A DNA stretch of 64,000 nucleotides from Ramlibacter sp. (GTDB taxonomy: Bacteria > Pseudomonadota > Gammaproteobacteria > Burkholderiales > Burkholderiaceae_C): positions 2,128,587 to 2,192,586 of the forward strand of contig JAHBZM010000001.1 of assembly GCA_019635435.1 (NCBI GenBank). Direction: 5' to 3'. Numbering within the stretch: position 1 is the first letter of the stretch; the number at the start of each line of letters is the position of its first letter. Below are positions 10,478 through 22,009 of the stretch, piece by piece. A program made the translations under genes and the position numbers. The notes below the pieces were generated by a model. That model did not search any database and had not been told where the DNA came from. It was given only the letters and a program-made list of their open reading frames with translations.

Positions 10478-10939
10478 ATGCCGGCGCGCGTGTCCATCCA
10501 GCAGGCCGATTTCAACCTCGCCGACGAGATTGCCGCGCTGCGCCAGGGCGATGGCCGCGTGGGCGCGGTCTGCAGCTTTGTGGGCACGGTGCGTGACCGC
10601 AATGACGGCACCCAGGTGGGCTCGATGGAACTGGAGCACTACCCCGGCATGACCGAGAAGGCCATCGAGGCCATGATCGACGAGGCGCTCAAGCGCTTTG
10701 ACATCCACGCCGCGCGCGTGATCCACCGCGTGGGCCTGCTGCAGCCACTGGACCAGATCGTGCTGGTGGCCGTGACCTCGGCCCACCGCGGCCAGAGCTT
10801 CCAGGCCTGCGAGTTCCTCATGGACTACCTGAAGACCCGCGCGCCATTCTGGAAGAAGGAGCAGACCCCGCAGGGCGCGCGCTGGGTCGATGCGCGGGCG
10901 CAGGACGACGAGGCCCTGGCGCGCTGGGGCCTGAGCTGA
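10478..10939 (+). CDS. moaE: molybdopterin synthase catalytic subunit MoaE
   Basis: MoaE-sized ORF immediately downstream of moaD. Start taken at the internal ATG (MPARVSIQ). The track ORF begins at 10415. Confidence 0.75.
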   Translation: MPARVSIQQADFNLADEIAALRQGDGRVGAVCSFVGTVRDRNDGTQVGSMELEHYPGMTEKAIEAMIDEALKRFDIHAARVIHRVGLLQPLDQIVLVAVTSAHRGQSFQACEFLMDYLKTRAPFWKKEQTPQGARWVDARAQDDEALARWGLS

Positions 10940-10959
10940 TCAGCCTGCGCTGAGCTGAC

Positions 10960-11532
10960 TCAGTTCAGGTAGCGCGGCCGCCCCTGCGACGGGTCGTCCG
11001 GCGCCTCGGGCTCGGCCGGCGTGGCCACCGCCTGCGGCACCTGCCAGTCGGCCTGCACCAGGGCCTGGCGCGTCAGGTGCAGCAGGCCCTGCATCAGTTG
11101 CGGGTCGAGTTCGAGCTGGAAGCTGCGGGGCGCGCCGTCGCCGGGCGGTTTCTCCACAAAGTCCAGCCGCACCATGCTGCCGGGCAGCGGCGTGATGCTC
11201 ACGTCGGTCACCAGCAGCGGGTCCTCGCCCAGCGGCAGGGAGTTCTGTTTCTCGTTGTAAGGGGTGTCAAAGTCGGCCTGCTGCAGGAACTCCTGCTTGC
11301 GGAAATCGGCCAGCATGGCCTTCATGTCCTCGTCGGCGCCCGTGCCCGAGGTGACGCTGGCCTCCAGCTTGACCAGCTGCTCGGTCAGCACCTTGTTCAG
11401 CAGCGGCCACAGCCCCAGCGTGAGCCGGCGCGTGAACCACAGGCGCAGTTCCTCGGCTTCGGTGGTGTTGATGCGCACCAGCACGCGGTCCTGCTCGCCC
11501 AGGTAGGTGACGGATAACTGGTGAACTTTCAT
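10960..11532 (-). CDS. hypothetical protein, divergent from clpB
   Basis: The ORF is trimmed to the internal ATG (MKVHQLSVTYLGEQD). No recognised domain. Confidence 0.4.
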   Translation of the reverse strand: MKVHQLSVTYLGEQDRVLVRINTTEAEELRLWFTRRLTLGLWPLLNKVLTEQLVKLEASVTSGTGADEDMKAMLADFRKQEFLQQADFDTPYNEKQNSLPLGEDPLLVTDVSITPLPGSMVRLDFVEKPPGDGAPRSFQLELDPQLMQGLLHLTRQALVQADWQVPQAVATPAEPEAPDDPSQGRPRYLN

Positions 11533-11581
11533 CCGGTTGATTTTAGTCAGCCCGCGCCCTCGCGCGCAGGCGCAAACTGAC

Positions 11582-11609
11582 CTTGAAAACCTGTGGATAA
11601 CCCCAAGGT
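11582..11609 (+). promoter_or_regulatory. sigma32 (RpoH)-type heat-shock promoter upstream of clpB
   Basis: CCTTGAA - 13 nt - CCCCAAGGT resembles the CCCTTGAA-N13-15-CCCCATnT consensus and lies about 30 nt upstream of the clpB start. Confidence 0.55.
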
Positions 11610-11639
11610 GCCGGACATGCGACAAGACACGGAGCCCTC

Positions 11640-14285
<2,646 letters not shown>

Positions 14286-14316
14286 ATGCCCAACCCAGAG
14301 GGCCGACAATAGGCGC

Positions 14317-14634
14317 ATGCAAGGTCTCTTCAACTTTCTCCTGCGGCTGGTCCTGCTGGCCGCGGGCCTGCTGTTTGCCGCCAGCCTCGCGCTGGCGGTG
14401 ATGGTGCTGCTGGCCCTGTGGGGCCTGCGCATGCTGTGGGCCCGCCTCACGGGCCGGCCGGTCACGCCGTTCGTGATGCGCGTGGACCCGCGCGCGGGCT
14501 TTGGCCGCTTCTATGGCGGCTTTCCCGGCGGGCGCGGTCGCGCGCCAGGCCACGCCGACGCGCCGGTGCAGCCCCCGGGCCCGCGCAGCGTGGCCGATGT
14601 GACCGACGTCCAGCCCAAGGAACCCCGCCACTGA
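14317..14634 (+). CDS. hypothetical membrane-anchored protein
   Basis: The internal ATG (MQGLFNFLLRL) avoids overlap with clpB. A single hydrophobic N-terminal segment is followed by a Gly/Pro/Arg-rich tail. Confidence 0.4.
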   Translation: MQGLFNFLLRLVLLAAGLLFAASLALAVMVLLALWGLRMLWARLTGRPVTPFVMRVDPRAGFGRFYGGFPGGRGRAPGHADAPVQPPGPRSVADVTDVQPKEPRH

Positions 14635-14766
14635 CCCCGTCCGGCTGAGCCGGGCACAGGGCGATGCACGCTGACAGCCATTGTCAGAGACGGCCTACGC
14701 CCGTCTGACGCGCGGCCGCGCACCATTTGGAGGTTCTCTTGCAAAACCTCACACCAAGGAGCGGCC

Positions 14767-15489
14767 ATGCCCCACAACGCGGACCGGCGCGGGTTCCTGC
14801 GCAAATCATTCGCCATCGTTCCCGCGGCGGCACTCACCGGCGCGGCCCACACCCAGCAGGCCCCGCGGCCCGTGGCCGCGTCCGAGGGCCCGGTGCCGGC
14901 GCCTTCAGCGCCTTACCAGCCCAGCTTCTTCAACGCCGTGGAATGGGCCTGGCTGCAGGCCGCGGTGGCGCGGCTGATCCCGGCCGACGACACCGGTCCG
15001 GGCGCGCTGGAGGCCGGCGTGCCCGAGTTCATCGACCGGCAGATGGAAGGGCCGTTCGGCCACGCGGCCACGCGCTACATGCAGGGGCCGTTTGTCGAGT
15101 CGCCGCCCGAGTTTGGCTACCAGGGCCAGCTCACGCCGCGTGAGCTGTACCGCGCGGGCATGGCGGCCGTGGACGCGCACTGCAAGGCCAACCTGGGCGG
15201 CAAGGCCTTCGCGCAACTGGACGCCGCGGCGCAGGACACCGTGCTCAAGTCGCTGGAATCGGGCGCGCTGAAATTTGACACGTTGCCGGCGAAGACCTTC
15301 TTTGGCTTCCTGCTGCAAAACACCAAGGAGGGTTACCTCAGTGACCCGATCCATGGCGGCAACAAGAACGCTGGCGCGTGGAAGATGATCGGCTTTCCGG
15401 GCGCGCGCGCCGACTTTGCCGACTGGGTGGGCCGGCCCGGCGTGCGCTACCCGTTGCCGCCCGTCACCATCAACGGGCCGCAAGGCTGA
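14767..15489 (+). CDS. gluconate 2-dehydrogenase subunit 3 (gamma)-family protein with Tat signal
   Basis: Twin-arginine motif RRGFLRK. First gene of a three-subunit dehydrogenase operon. Confidence 0.75.
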   Translation: MPHNADRRGFLRKSFAIVPAAALTGAAHTQQAPRPVAASEGPVPAPSAPYQPSFFNAVEWAWLQAAVARLIPADDTGPGALEAGVPEFIDRQMEGPFGHAATRYMQGPFVESPPEFGYQGQLTPRELYRAGMAAVDAHCKANLGGKAFAQLDAAAQDTVLKSLESGALKFDTLPAKTFFGFLLQNTKEGYLSDPIHGGNKNAGAWKMIGFPGARADFADWVGRPGVRYPLPPVTINGPQG

Positions 15490-15500
15490 AGGAGCACCCC

Positions 15501-17273
15501 ATGGCAACACAGAAAAAACCGGCCGTGGACGCGGTGCTCGTGGGCTTTGGCTGGACCGGCGCCATCATGGGCATGGAGCTCACGGCGGCCGGCCTCAAGG
15601 TGCTGGCGCTGGAGCGCGGCGAGAACCGCGACACGAACCCTGACTTTGCCTACCCCCGCAACACCGACGAGCTGAGCTACGGCATCCGCGGCAAGCTGTT
15701 CCAGAACCTGGCGCGCGAGACCGTGACGGTGCGCCACACGCCCGCCGACGTGGCCGTGCCTTACCGCCAGCTCGGCTCGTTCCTGCCCGGCGACGGCGTG
15801 GGCGGCGCGGGTGTGCACTGGAACGGTCACCAGTGGCGCCCGCTGCCCGACGACCTGCGCATCCGCAGCCGCACCATCGAGCGCTACGGCGCGAAATTCA
15901 TTCCCGAGGGCATGCACCTGCAGGACTGGGGCGTGACCTATGAGGAGCTGGAGCCGCACTTTGACCAGTTCGAGAAAGTCTGCGGCACCTCGGGCAAGGC
16001 CGGCAACCTGCGTGGCCAGATCCAGCAGGGCGGCAACCCGTTTGAAGGCGCGCGCAGCAGCGACTACCCGCTGCCGCCGCTGGCCTCGGTCAACAGCGCG
16101 CTGGTGTTCGAGAAGGCCGCGCGCGAGCTGGGCTACCACCCGTTTCCGCAGGCCGCGGCCAATGCCTCGCGGCCCTACACCAATCCGCATGGGGCGCAGC
16201 TGGGGCCGTGCAACTTCTGCGGGTTCTGCGAGCGCTTTGGCTGCTACAACTATGCCAAGGCCTCGCCCCAGACCACGCTGCTGCCCACGCTGATGCACCG
16301 GTCCAACTTCGAGCTGCGCACGCGCTCGCATGTGCTGCGCGTGAACATGGCGGCCGATGGCAAGCGCGCCACCGGCGTGACCTACATCGACGCGCAGGGC
16401 AACGAGGTCGAGCAGCCGGCCGACCTGGTGGTGCTGTGCGCCTACCAGTTGCACAACGTGCGGCTGCTCATGCTGTCCAGCATTGGCCAGCGCTATGACC
16501 CGGCCACCGGCAAGGGCGTGGTGGGGCGCAACTACGCCTACCAACTGGGCGGCGGTGCGGCGCTGTTCTTTGACAAGACCCAGCCCATGAACCCGTTTGT
16601 GGGCGCTGGCGCCAGCGGCAGCGTGATCGACGACTTTGACGGCGACAACTTCGACCATGGCCCTCTGGGTTTCGTTGGCGGCGCCAGCATCAACTGCATC
16701 AACACCGGCGGGCGGCCGATCCAGCAGACCAGCCTGCCGGCCGGCGCGCCCGCCTGGGGCGCGGGCTGGAAGAAGGCGCTCAAGGACAACTACCTGTACA
16801 CCGCCAGCGTGGGCAGCCAGGGCTCGGTCATGGCCTACCGCGACAACTACCTGGACCTGGACCCGACCTACAAGGACGTGCACGGCCAGCCCCTGCTGCG
16901 CATGACCTTTGACTGGAAGGCCAACGACCTGGCCATGACGAAATTCATCGTGGGCAAGATCGAGGGCATCGCCCGCGCCATGGGCCCGCGTGAGTACAGG
17001 ATCGGCATGAAGAAGCCGGGCGACCACTACGACCTGCGCGCCTACCAGTCCACCCACAACACCGGCGGCGCGCCCATGGGCACCGACCCGTCCACCAGCG
17101 CCGTCAACCGCTACCTGCAAAGCTGGGACGTGCCCAATGTGTTTGTGATGGGCGCCAGCGCCTTTCCGCAGAACTTTGGCTACAACCCTACGGGCATGGT
17201 GGGCGCGCTGGCCTACTGGTCGGCGCGCGCGATTCGCGAGCGCTACCTCAAGCAACCCGGCGCACTGGCGTGA
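15501..17273 (+). CDS. GMC-family FAD-dependent oxidoreductase (dehydrogenase large subunit)
   Basis: N-terminal FAD-binding GFGWTGA motif. Start taken at the internal ATG after an AAGGAG RBS. The track ORF extends upstream to 15378. Confidence 0.85.
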   Translation: MATQKKPAVDAVLVGFGWTGAIMGMELTAAGLKVLALERGENRDTNPDFAYPRNTDELSYGIRGKLFQNLARETVTVRHTPADVAVPYRQLGSFLPGDGVGGAGVHWNGHQWRPLPDDLRIRSRTIERYGAKFIPEGMHLQDWGVTYEELEPHFDQFEKVCGTSGKAGNLRGQIQQGGNPFEGARSSDYPLPPLASVNSALVFEKAARELGYHPFPQAAANASRPYTNPHGAQLGPCNFCGFCERFGCYNYAKASPQTTLLPTLMHRSNFELRTRSHVLRVNMAADGKRATGVTYIDAQGNEVEQPADLVVLCAYQLHNVRLLMLSSIGQRYDPATGKGVVGRNYAYQLGGGAALFFDKTQPMNPFVGAGASGSVIDDFDGDNFDHGPLGFVGGASINCINTGGRPIQQTSLPAGAPAWGAGWKKALKDNYLYTASVGSQGSVMAYRDNYLDLDPTYKDVHGQPLLRMTFDWKANDLAMTKFIVGKIEGIARAMGPREYRIGMKKPGDHYDLRAYQSTHNTGGAPMGTDPSTSAVNRYLQSWDVPNVFVMGASAFPQNFGYNPTGMVGALAYWSARAIRERYLKQPGALA

Positions 17274-17284
17274 AGGAGCAGACC

Positions 17285-18652
17285 ATGGCATGGACCTGCC
17301 TTCGGGCCTTCTTCACTACCGCGCTGTGTGCGCTGGCCTGTGCCGGCGCGACGGCACAGTCGAAGCCGCCAGCGACAGTGCCAGCCGCTGATCCCGCGCC
17401 CACGCCCGCGTCCGCTTCCGTGCCCGACCCGCGCGACGCGGCGGTGGTGCGCGGCGAATACCTGGCGCGGGCGGGCGACTGCATCAGCTGCCACACCCGC
17501 CCGGGCGGCGCCCCGTTCGCCGGTGGCCTGCCGATGAAGACGCCGTTTGGCACCATCATCTCGACCAATATCACGCCCGAGCCGCAGCAGGGCATTGGCC
17601 AGTACACGCAGGAAGACTTCACGCGCGCCCTGCGCGAAGGCCGGGCCCGCGACGGCCACCACCTGTACCCGGCCATGCCCTACACCAGCTTCTCGCGGCT
17701 GAGTGACGCCGACCTGCAGGCGCTGTACGCCTATTTCATGAAGGGGGTGCCGCCCGCGCGCCAGGACAACCCCGTGACCGACCTGGCCTGGCCGTTCAGC
17801 ATGCGCGGCCTGATGGCGCTGTGGAACTGGCGCTACCTGCCCGACAAGCCGTTTGAGGCCGACCCGGCCCGCAGCGCGCAGTGGAACCGCGGTGCCTACC
17901 TGGTGCAGGGCCTGGGCCACTGCGGCGCCTGCCACACGCCGCGCAGCTTCACCGGGGCCGAGAAGGCCCGCTCGGAGCAGGGCGGCGAGGCTTTCCTGTC
18001 GGGCGCGGTGATCGATGGCTGGTACGCGCAGCCGCTGCGCAACAGCGTCACGCCCGGGCTGGCCACCTGGTCAACCACCGAGATCGTGGACTACCTCAAG
18101 ACCGGCCGCACGGCCCGCACCGCCGCGTTCGGACCCATGACCCAGGTGGTGAGCAACAGCACCCAGCACCTGAGCCGCGAGGACCTGGGCGCCATTGCGG
18201 GCTACCTCAAGTCCATTGGCGGCGAGGGTGACGCGGCCGTGATCGCGCCGCCGGCCGCGACCGACGCCACAGCGGCGGCGCTGCGCCAGGGCGAGACCAC
18301 CAAGCCCGGCTCGCTGGTGTTCCTCAACAACTGCGCCGCCTGCCACCGCACGGACGGAGAGGGCGCGCGCCGCACCTTCCCCTCGCTGGCGCACAACAGC
18401 GCGGTGGCCGCGTCGGACCCGACCTCGCTGATCCGCATCGTGTTGCAGGGCTCGGCCATGGCGCGCACCGCCGAGGCGCCGTCACAACTGGCCATGCCGG
18501 CCCTGGGCTGGCGCCTGACCGACGCCAACGTGGCTGACGTGCTGAGCTTCATGCGCAGCAGCTGGGGCAACCGGGCGGCGCCCGTCACGCCCGAGCAGGT
18601 GGCGCGGGTCAGGGCCGACGTGCAGGCCGCCGCGAAGGGCGCCGCACGCTGA
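17285..18652 (+). CDS. triheme cytochrome c subunit of membrane-bound dehydrogenase
   Basis: Three CxxCH motifs (CISCH, CGACH, CAACH). An AAGGAG RBS precedes the ATG at 17285. Confidence 0.85.
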   Translation: MAWTCLRAFFTTALCALACAGATAQSKPPATVPAADPAPTPASASVPDPRDAAVVRGEYLARAGDCISCHTRPGGAPFAGGLPMKTPFGTIISTNITPEPQQGIGQYTQEDFTRALREGRARDGHHLYPAMPYTSFSRLSDADLQALYAYFMKGVPPARQDNPVTDLAWPFSMRGLMALWNWRYLPDKPFEADPARSAQWNRGAYLVQGLGHCGACHTPRSFTGAEKARSEQGGEAFLSGAVIDGWYAQPLRNSVTPGLATWSTTEIVDYLKTGRTARTAAFGPMTQVVSNSTQHLSREDLGAIAGYLKSIGGEGDAAVIAPPAATDATAAALRQGETTKPGSLVFLNNCAACHRTDGEGARRTFPSLAHNSAVAASDPTSLIRIVLQGSAMARTAEAPSQLAMPALGWRLTDANVADVLSFMRSSWGNRAAPVTPEQVARVRADVQAAAKGAAR

Positions 18653-18716
18653 CCCTGGCAGCGGGCGTGTCGCCAGTTCGACGCGCCCGCCGTGGCGGCG
18701 CGGCTAGCATGCGTGC

Positions 18717-19190
18717 ATGACCGAACCCGCCGCCGACACGCCTGTCCCCGAAGGCTTTCGCCCTGCCCGCATGGGCGGGCCGTTCATCAGCTTCAACGGC
18801 CCGCTGTACGCGCGGCTGGACGGTGAGCGCCTGCTGCTGGGCTTCCGGGTCGAGCCGCGGCACGCCAACCCGCTGAAGATGTGCCACGGCGGCATGCTCG
18901 CCACCTTTGCCGACATGCTGCTGCCCATGGCCGCGATGTACCAGGCCGAAGGGGAGCGCCGCTTCCTGCCCACCATCAGCCTGCAGATCGATTACCTCGC
19001 GCCCGCGCTGCTGGGCGCCTGGGTGCAGGGCCAGGCCGACGTGCTGCGCAGCACGCGCAACATGATGTTCATCCAGGGCCTGGTCAGCGCCGATGGCGCC
19101 CCCGCGCTGCGCGTGAGCGGCATCTTCAAGCAGGGCCCGCTGATCGGCGACGGCACCGACCGCGACCCGCTTTTGCTCCGAAATAAATAG
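18717..19190 (+). CDS. PaaI-family hotdog-fold thioesterase
   Basis: 157 aa with the MCHGG motif typical of the PaaI/4HBT thioesterase family. Confidence 0.75.
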   Translation: MTEPAADTPVPEGFRPARMGGPFISFNGPLYARLDGERLLLGFRVEPRHANPLKMCHGGMLATFADMLLPMAAMYQAEGERRFLPTISLQIDYLAPALLGAWVQGQADVLRSTRNMMFIQGLVSADGAPALRVSGIFKQGPLIGDGTDRDPLLLRNK

Positions 19191-19196
19191 CAAAGA

Positions 19197-19231
19197 GTGG
19201 CCGCCAGTCCTGGACTCCAGCCCTGTTTGAC
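19197..19231. repeat. interspersed ~34-bp repeat, copy c (inverted orientation)
   Basis: GTGGCCGCCAGTCCTGGACTCCAGCCCTGTTTGACC is the reverse complement of the copy a/b consensus. Confidence 0.6.
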
Positions 19232-19495
19232 CTAAATTTGTCCCGTGGGCCCCCGACCCGTGGGGCACAGCTGGTTGACGGGCACCTCGCCGCGGATGTA
19301 TTGCTCCTCTTCCTCGGGCGTGGCCAGCCGGACCTGCTCCAGCTGCTGGCGCCTGCCGTAGTAGTCCTCGAGCAGGCGGGCCATTTCGGCCGGGACATCA
19401 GTGCCTTGCGGGAACGCCTTGAGCCAGCGCCGTGCGCGCCCGTCGAAAAGAAACTCGATCACCCAGACCTGGCTGGTTTTGAAGAAGGGCGGCAT
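19232..19495 (-). CDS. hypothetical small protein
   Basis: 87-aa ORF at the end of a minus-strand gene string. No recognised domain. Confidence 0.35.
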   Translation of the reverse strand: MPPFFKTSQVWVIEFLFDGRARRWLKAFPQGTDVPAEMARLLEDYYGRRQQLEQVRLATPEEEEQYIRGEVPVNQLCPTGRGPTGQI

Positions 19496-19502
19496 GCGGG
19501 CC

Positions 19503-20032
19503 TCAGTTTGCCTCCGCCACCCGTTTCATGTCGGCCAGGCCGGCCTCGAAGTCGGGGCCGACCATGGCCTCCATGCTGAAAAACGTGGTCATGAGCCTGC
19601 TGATGTAGGGGCTGGGGCCGAACATGGCCCAGTTCACCAGCGTGCCGTCGCCCTGCGGCTTGAGCGTGAAATCGGCCATGTTGTGGGCCTCGAACGGGCT
19701 GATGAAGTCGAGCTTGATCAGCACCCGCGCGGGCACGGCCGATTCGGTGATCTCCATGCGCCCCTGGCCCACGTTCTTGTTGCCGTCCCAGGCATAGACC
19801 GAGCCCACGCCGCTGGCCGGGCCGCTGCGGGTGCGCTTCATGGCCGGGTCTTTCTTTTCCCAGGGCGACCACCGGGGCCAGGCGTCGAAGTTGTTGATCA
19901 GCGCATGCACCTTCTCGGGCGGCGCCTTGATGGTGATGCTTCGTTCGATGCGGAAGCTGTCGGGCTTGGTGGCGGCGTAGATCAGCACGCCGGCAACGAG
20001 CAGGACGACGACGAGGGCAATGGTTTTGAGCA
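19503..20032 (-). CDS. SRPBCC (polyketide cyclase/START-like) domain protein, membrane-anchored
   Basis: Only the C-terminal 176 aa of track ORF 19503..20981 is real; its N-terminus is the wrong frame of the MFS gene. Start at MLKTIAL with a GGAG RBS. Confidence 0.6.
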
Positions 20033-20092
20033 TGAGGAACTCCCGGGTGAAAACTGGATGACTGAAATGACGAAGGTGGGCGGGGCGCCGCG

Positions 20093-21529
20093 TCAGTGCG
20101 CGGGTGCGGCCTGCGCCATCCCGGTGGCGGCACCGGTGCGGATCAGCAGCGCGCTGAGCAGCGCCGCCACGCCGGCAAACACGGCGCCCACCACAAAGGC
20201 TGTCTGGTAGCCGCCGTTGAGCGCGAGCGGCAGCGCCACGCCGCGCGCCAGCAGGCCCGTGGTGCGCGCGGCCGCCAGGCTGGCCAGCACGGCCAGGCCG
20301 AGCGCGCCGCCCATCATGAAGGCGGTGTTGACCACGCCCGAGGCCAGGCCGGAGTCGGCCGGGCTCACGTCGCTCATGGCGGCCAGCAGCAGCGGGTTGA
20401 ACGCAATGCCCGCGCCCAGGCCCAGCAGCAGCATGCCCGGCAGCACATGCACGGCAAACTGGCCACCGGCCGGCGCCTGGGCAAACAGCAGCAGGCCCAC
20501 GGCGGCCAGGCCCAGGCCCGTGGCCAGCGGCCCGCGGATGCCAAAGCGCATCACGATGCGCGCCGACAGCCCCAGCGAGAACGCCGCCATGATCAGGTTG
20601 GCGGGCAGGAAGGCCAGGCCCACCTGCATGGCGCTGTAGCCCAGCACCAGCTGCAGGTACAGCGCCGAGATGAAGAACCACGCAAACATGGCCGCCGCCC
20701 ACAGCACGCCCACCACGTTGGCGGTGGACACATTGCGCAGCCGGAACAGCGCCAGAGGCATCAGCGGCGCGGCCACGCGCGACTCGATGGCGATGAACGC
20801 CGCCATCAGCAGCGCCGCCGCGCCCAGCAGCCCCAGCGTCTGGCCGGAGCGCCAGCCTGCTTCGTTGCCGTTGACCACGCCGTACACCGCGAGCATGAGC
20901 GACAGCGTGACCGTGAGCGCGCCGGCCACGTCCAGCCGCTGGCCCGCCGAGCCAGCGCCCGGGGCGATCAGCCGCAGGCACAGCGCATACACGGCCACGC
21001 CAATGGGCAGATTGACCAGGAAGATCCAGTGCCAGCTCAGCGTGCTGGTGAGCAGGCCGCCCAGCAGCACGCCAATGCTGCCGCCACCCGCGCAGACAAA
21101 GCCGTACACGCCCATGGCCCTGGCGCGCTCGCCAGGCTCGGTGAACAGGTTCATGATCAGCGACAGCGCCACGGCCGACACCACGGCGCCGCCCAGGCCC
21201 TGCACCGCGCGGGCCGCCACCAGCAGCCCCTGCGAATGGGCCACGCCGCAGGCCAGCGAGGCCAGCGTGAACAGCACGATGCCGGCCAGGAACATGCGGC
21301 GGTGGCCGAACAGGTCACCCAGCCGCCCGCCCAGCAGCAGAAAGCCGCCAAAGGTCAGCATGTAGGCATTGACCACCCAGACCAGCGAGGTCTCGGTGAA
21401 CTTCAGATCCTGTCGGATCGAGGGCAGGGCCACGTTCACGATGGTCGTGTCCAGCACGATCATCAGCACGCCCAGGCACAGCACCATCAGGGCCAGCCAG
21501 CGCTGGCGGGAAGAGGAAGACGAGTTCAT
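20093..21529 (-). CDS. MFS transporter, DHA2 (EmrB/QacA-like) drug-efflux family
   Basis: 478 aa with 14-TMS architecture and the LDTTIVNVALPSI signature. Confidence 0.85.
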   Translation of the reverse strand: MNSSSSSRQRWLALMVLCLGVLMIVLDTTIVNVALPSIRQDLKFTETSLVWVVNAYMLTFGGFLLLGGRLGDLFGHRRMFLAGIVLFTLASLACGVAHSQGLLVAARAVQGLGGAVVSAVALSLIMNLFTEPGERARAMGVYGFVCAGGGSIGVLLGGLLTSTLSWHWIFLVNLPIGVAVYALCLRLIAPGAGSAGQRLDVAGALTVTLSLMLAVYGVVNGNEAGWRSGQTLGLLGAAALLMAAFIAIESRVAAPLMPLALFRLRNVSTANVVGVLWAAAMFAWFFISALYLQLVLGYSAMQVGLAFLPANLIMAAFSLGLSARIVMRFGIRGPLATGLGLAAVGLLLFAQAPAGGQFAVHVLPGMLLLGLGAGIAFNPLLLAAMSDVSPADSGLASGVVNTAFMMGGALGLAVLASLAAARTTGLLARGVALPLALNGGYQTAFVVGAVFAGVAALLSALLIRTGAATGMAQAAPAH

Positions 21530-21547
21530 GGTTGCAAGGCGCCCGTG

Positions 21548-21913
21548 TCAGTACACCACCTGGGTCTTGAAGCCACCCCAGATCATTCGCTTGCCATCAA
21601 ACGGCATGGTCTTGGGGTCCATGGCCTGGATGCGCGGGTCGGCCATGACCTTCTTGTTGACGGCGTCGCGCTGCTTGCGCGACTTGTAGGTGATCCACGA
21701 GAACCACACCACCTCGTCGGCCTTGAGCTTGACCGCCTGCGGGAACGAGGTGAGCTTGCCGGGCTTCACATCATCGGCCATGCATTCGGTGTAGCTCAGC
21801 GCACCGTGCTCCATCCAGATCTTGCCGGCCTTGCGGGCCAGGCGGCGGTAGGCCTCGCTCTGGGCCTTGGGCACCGCGAGCAGAAAGCCATCGACGTAGC
21901 TTGCCATGTCCAT
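21548..21913 (-). CDS. DUF1428-family protein
   Basis: 121 aa. Its length and sequence resemble the YbaA-like DUF1428 family. Assignment is from memory. Confidence 0.5.
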   Translation of the reverse strand: MDMASYVDGFLLAVPKAQSEAYRRLARKAGKIWMEHGALSYTECMADDVKPGKLTSFPQAVKLKADEVVWFSWITYKSRKQRDAVNKKVMADPRIQAMDPKTMPFDGKRMIWGGFKTQVVY

Positions 21914-21931
21914 CTCCTTGCAAAAGGGGTT

Positions 21932-21975
21932 AAAAAAATCTGCGTCCTGCCTGCACGACGAAGAGCCCGGGCAGG
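21932..21975 (-). terminator. intrinsic terminator after the upstream MFS gene (hairpin TCCTGCC...GGCAGGA followed by T7 on the minus strand)
   Basis: A 7-bp GC-rich stem is followed, 5 nt later, by TTTTTTT read on the minus strand. Confidence 0.45.
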
Positions 21976-22009
21976 ATTCGACATCGCCCAGCCTGCATTT
22001 GCCTAAGGG

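Noticed and set aside
15447-17291. 614-aa ORF antisense to the GMC oxidoreductase gene
   Set aside because: Antisense artefact in about 70% GC DNA. The sense-strand gene has clear FAD motifs.
19503-20981. 492-aa fused ORF
   Set aside because: Only the C-terminal 176 aa (SRPBCC protein, 19503-20032) is real. The upstream part is an alternative frame of the DHA2 MFS gene.
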